Source: Nitrospirota bacterium (GTDB taxonomy: Bacteria > Nitrospirota > Nitrospiria > Nitrospirales > Nitrospiraceae). From it: a stretch of 64,000 nt of DNA. Positions 63,483 through 64,000 of the stretch are shown here, one piece after another; within the stretch, counting starts at the first letter, position 1; each line of letters opens with the position of its first letter. The stretch is taken from NCBI GenBank assembly GCA_963703955.1, contig CAVPGK010000010.1, forward strand, positions 96,001 through 160,000, in the 5' to 3' direction. The position numbers and the translations under genes are program-made. The notes under the pieces were generated by a model. It did no database searches. It was given only the letters and a program-made list of their open reading frames with translations, and was not told where the DNA came from.

Positions 63483-63685
63483 GGTTAGCCTTTTCCGGAG
63501 CTATCTCACATTCGCCGAGCGTGCGTAGCATAAGCATTTTCATCGAAATGATCTAGAGGGTAACAAAGCGATCACTGACAACGGGTGTGATCGGATAGGC
63601 TGTCGCAGGTTATCGATGGATACCCGGCCATTCCCTTTTCGCGCTACTATACCGCCGGTCGAACGCTCCTAGAGTATGAACGTCA

Positions 63686-64000
63686 ATGAAGTATACAGTA
63701 AGACAAATGGTTCCCGAGGACGAGCCGATCGCCTGGCGAATGTTGTATGAGGCTGCTCACCTGCTCGACGAGGGGTACACGTCGGTGGATGCCGCTCGGT
63801 ATGTTCCTGCACTCGTGAAATACGCCAGGGACTGGGGGAAGCGCAGTGATCTTGGCTTTGCCGCGTATGATGCTACGACGTTGAAGCCGGTCGGGGCCGC
63901 ATGGATTCGCCTCCTAACGGGCGAAGAGAAAGGCTACGGCTATCTCGACGACTCGACTCCGGAACTGGCCATGGGTGTTATTCCAGAATATCGAAACAAG
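63686..64000 (+). CDS. GNAT-family acetyltransferase, partial (runs off the right edge)
   Basis: Manual translation MKYTVRQM...MLYEAAH...PVGAAWIRL...GYGYLDDSTPELAMGVIPEYRNK. Confidence 0.75.
   Translation, partial: MKYTVRQMVPEDEPIAWRMLYEAAHLLDEGYTSVDAARYVPALVKYARDWGKRSDLGFAAYDATTLKPVGAAWIRLLTGEEKGYGYLDDSTPELAMGVIPEYRNK

Overview
A 64 kb bacterial chromosomal fragment, GC-rich overall. Gene content resembles Nitrospira/Nitrospirota, but that is inference only. Many genes carry single-base frameshifts that cluster in blocks and look like long-read consensus errors. Left to right: (1) a partial Ser/Thr kinase-AAA sensor, with HATPase and RAYT transposase remnants; (2) GH63 glucosidase and SYLF genes that share a sigma54-like upstream motif; (3) a ppk2-tkt-(rpiB-tal-pgi fusion)-gnd-zwf-ROK kinase-HAD operon; (4) a decayed type III R-M locus holding a DUF4160/DUF2442 pair; (5) two divergent patatin lipoprotein paralogs; (6) an accessory island at about 27.8-34.2 kb; (7) an Mla/MCE transporter, glpK-glpD, and assorted envelope and signalling genes. 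The island is the highlight. It carries a complete diversity-generating retroelement (DGR) bracketed by BrnTA and HicBA toxin-antitoxin modules. The order is target gene, avd, reverse transcriptase (RT), then template repeat (TR, 32820-32930). The target is a TIR - STAND NTPase - transmembrane - FGE-sulfatase/C-type-lectin-fold protein, and its C-terminal variable repeat (VR1, 31169-31279) differs from TR mostly at adenines. A second, orphan VR (34008-34117) belongs to a truncated different target and carries the same downstream cis-element. The system looks like an NLR/TLR-like receptor with a hypermutable recognition domain.
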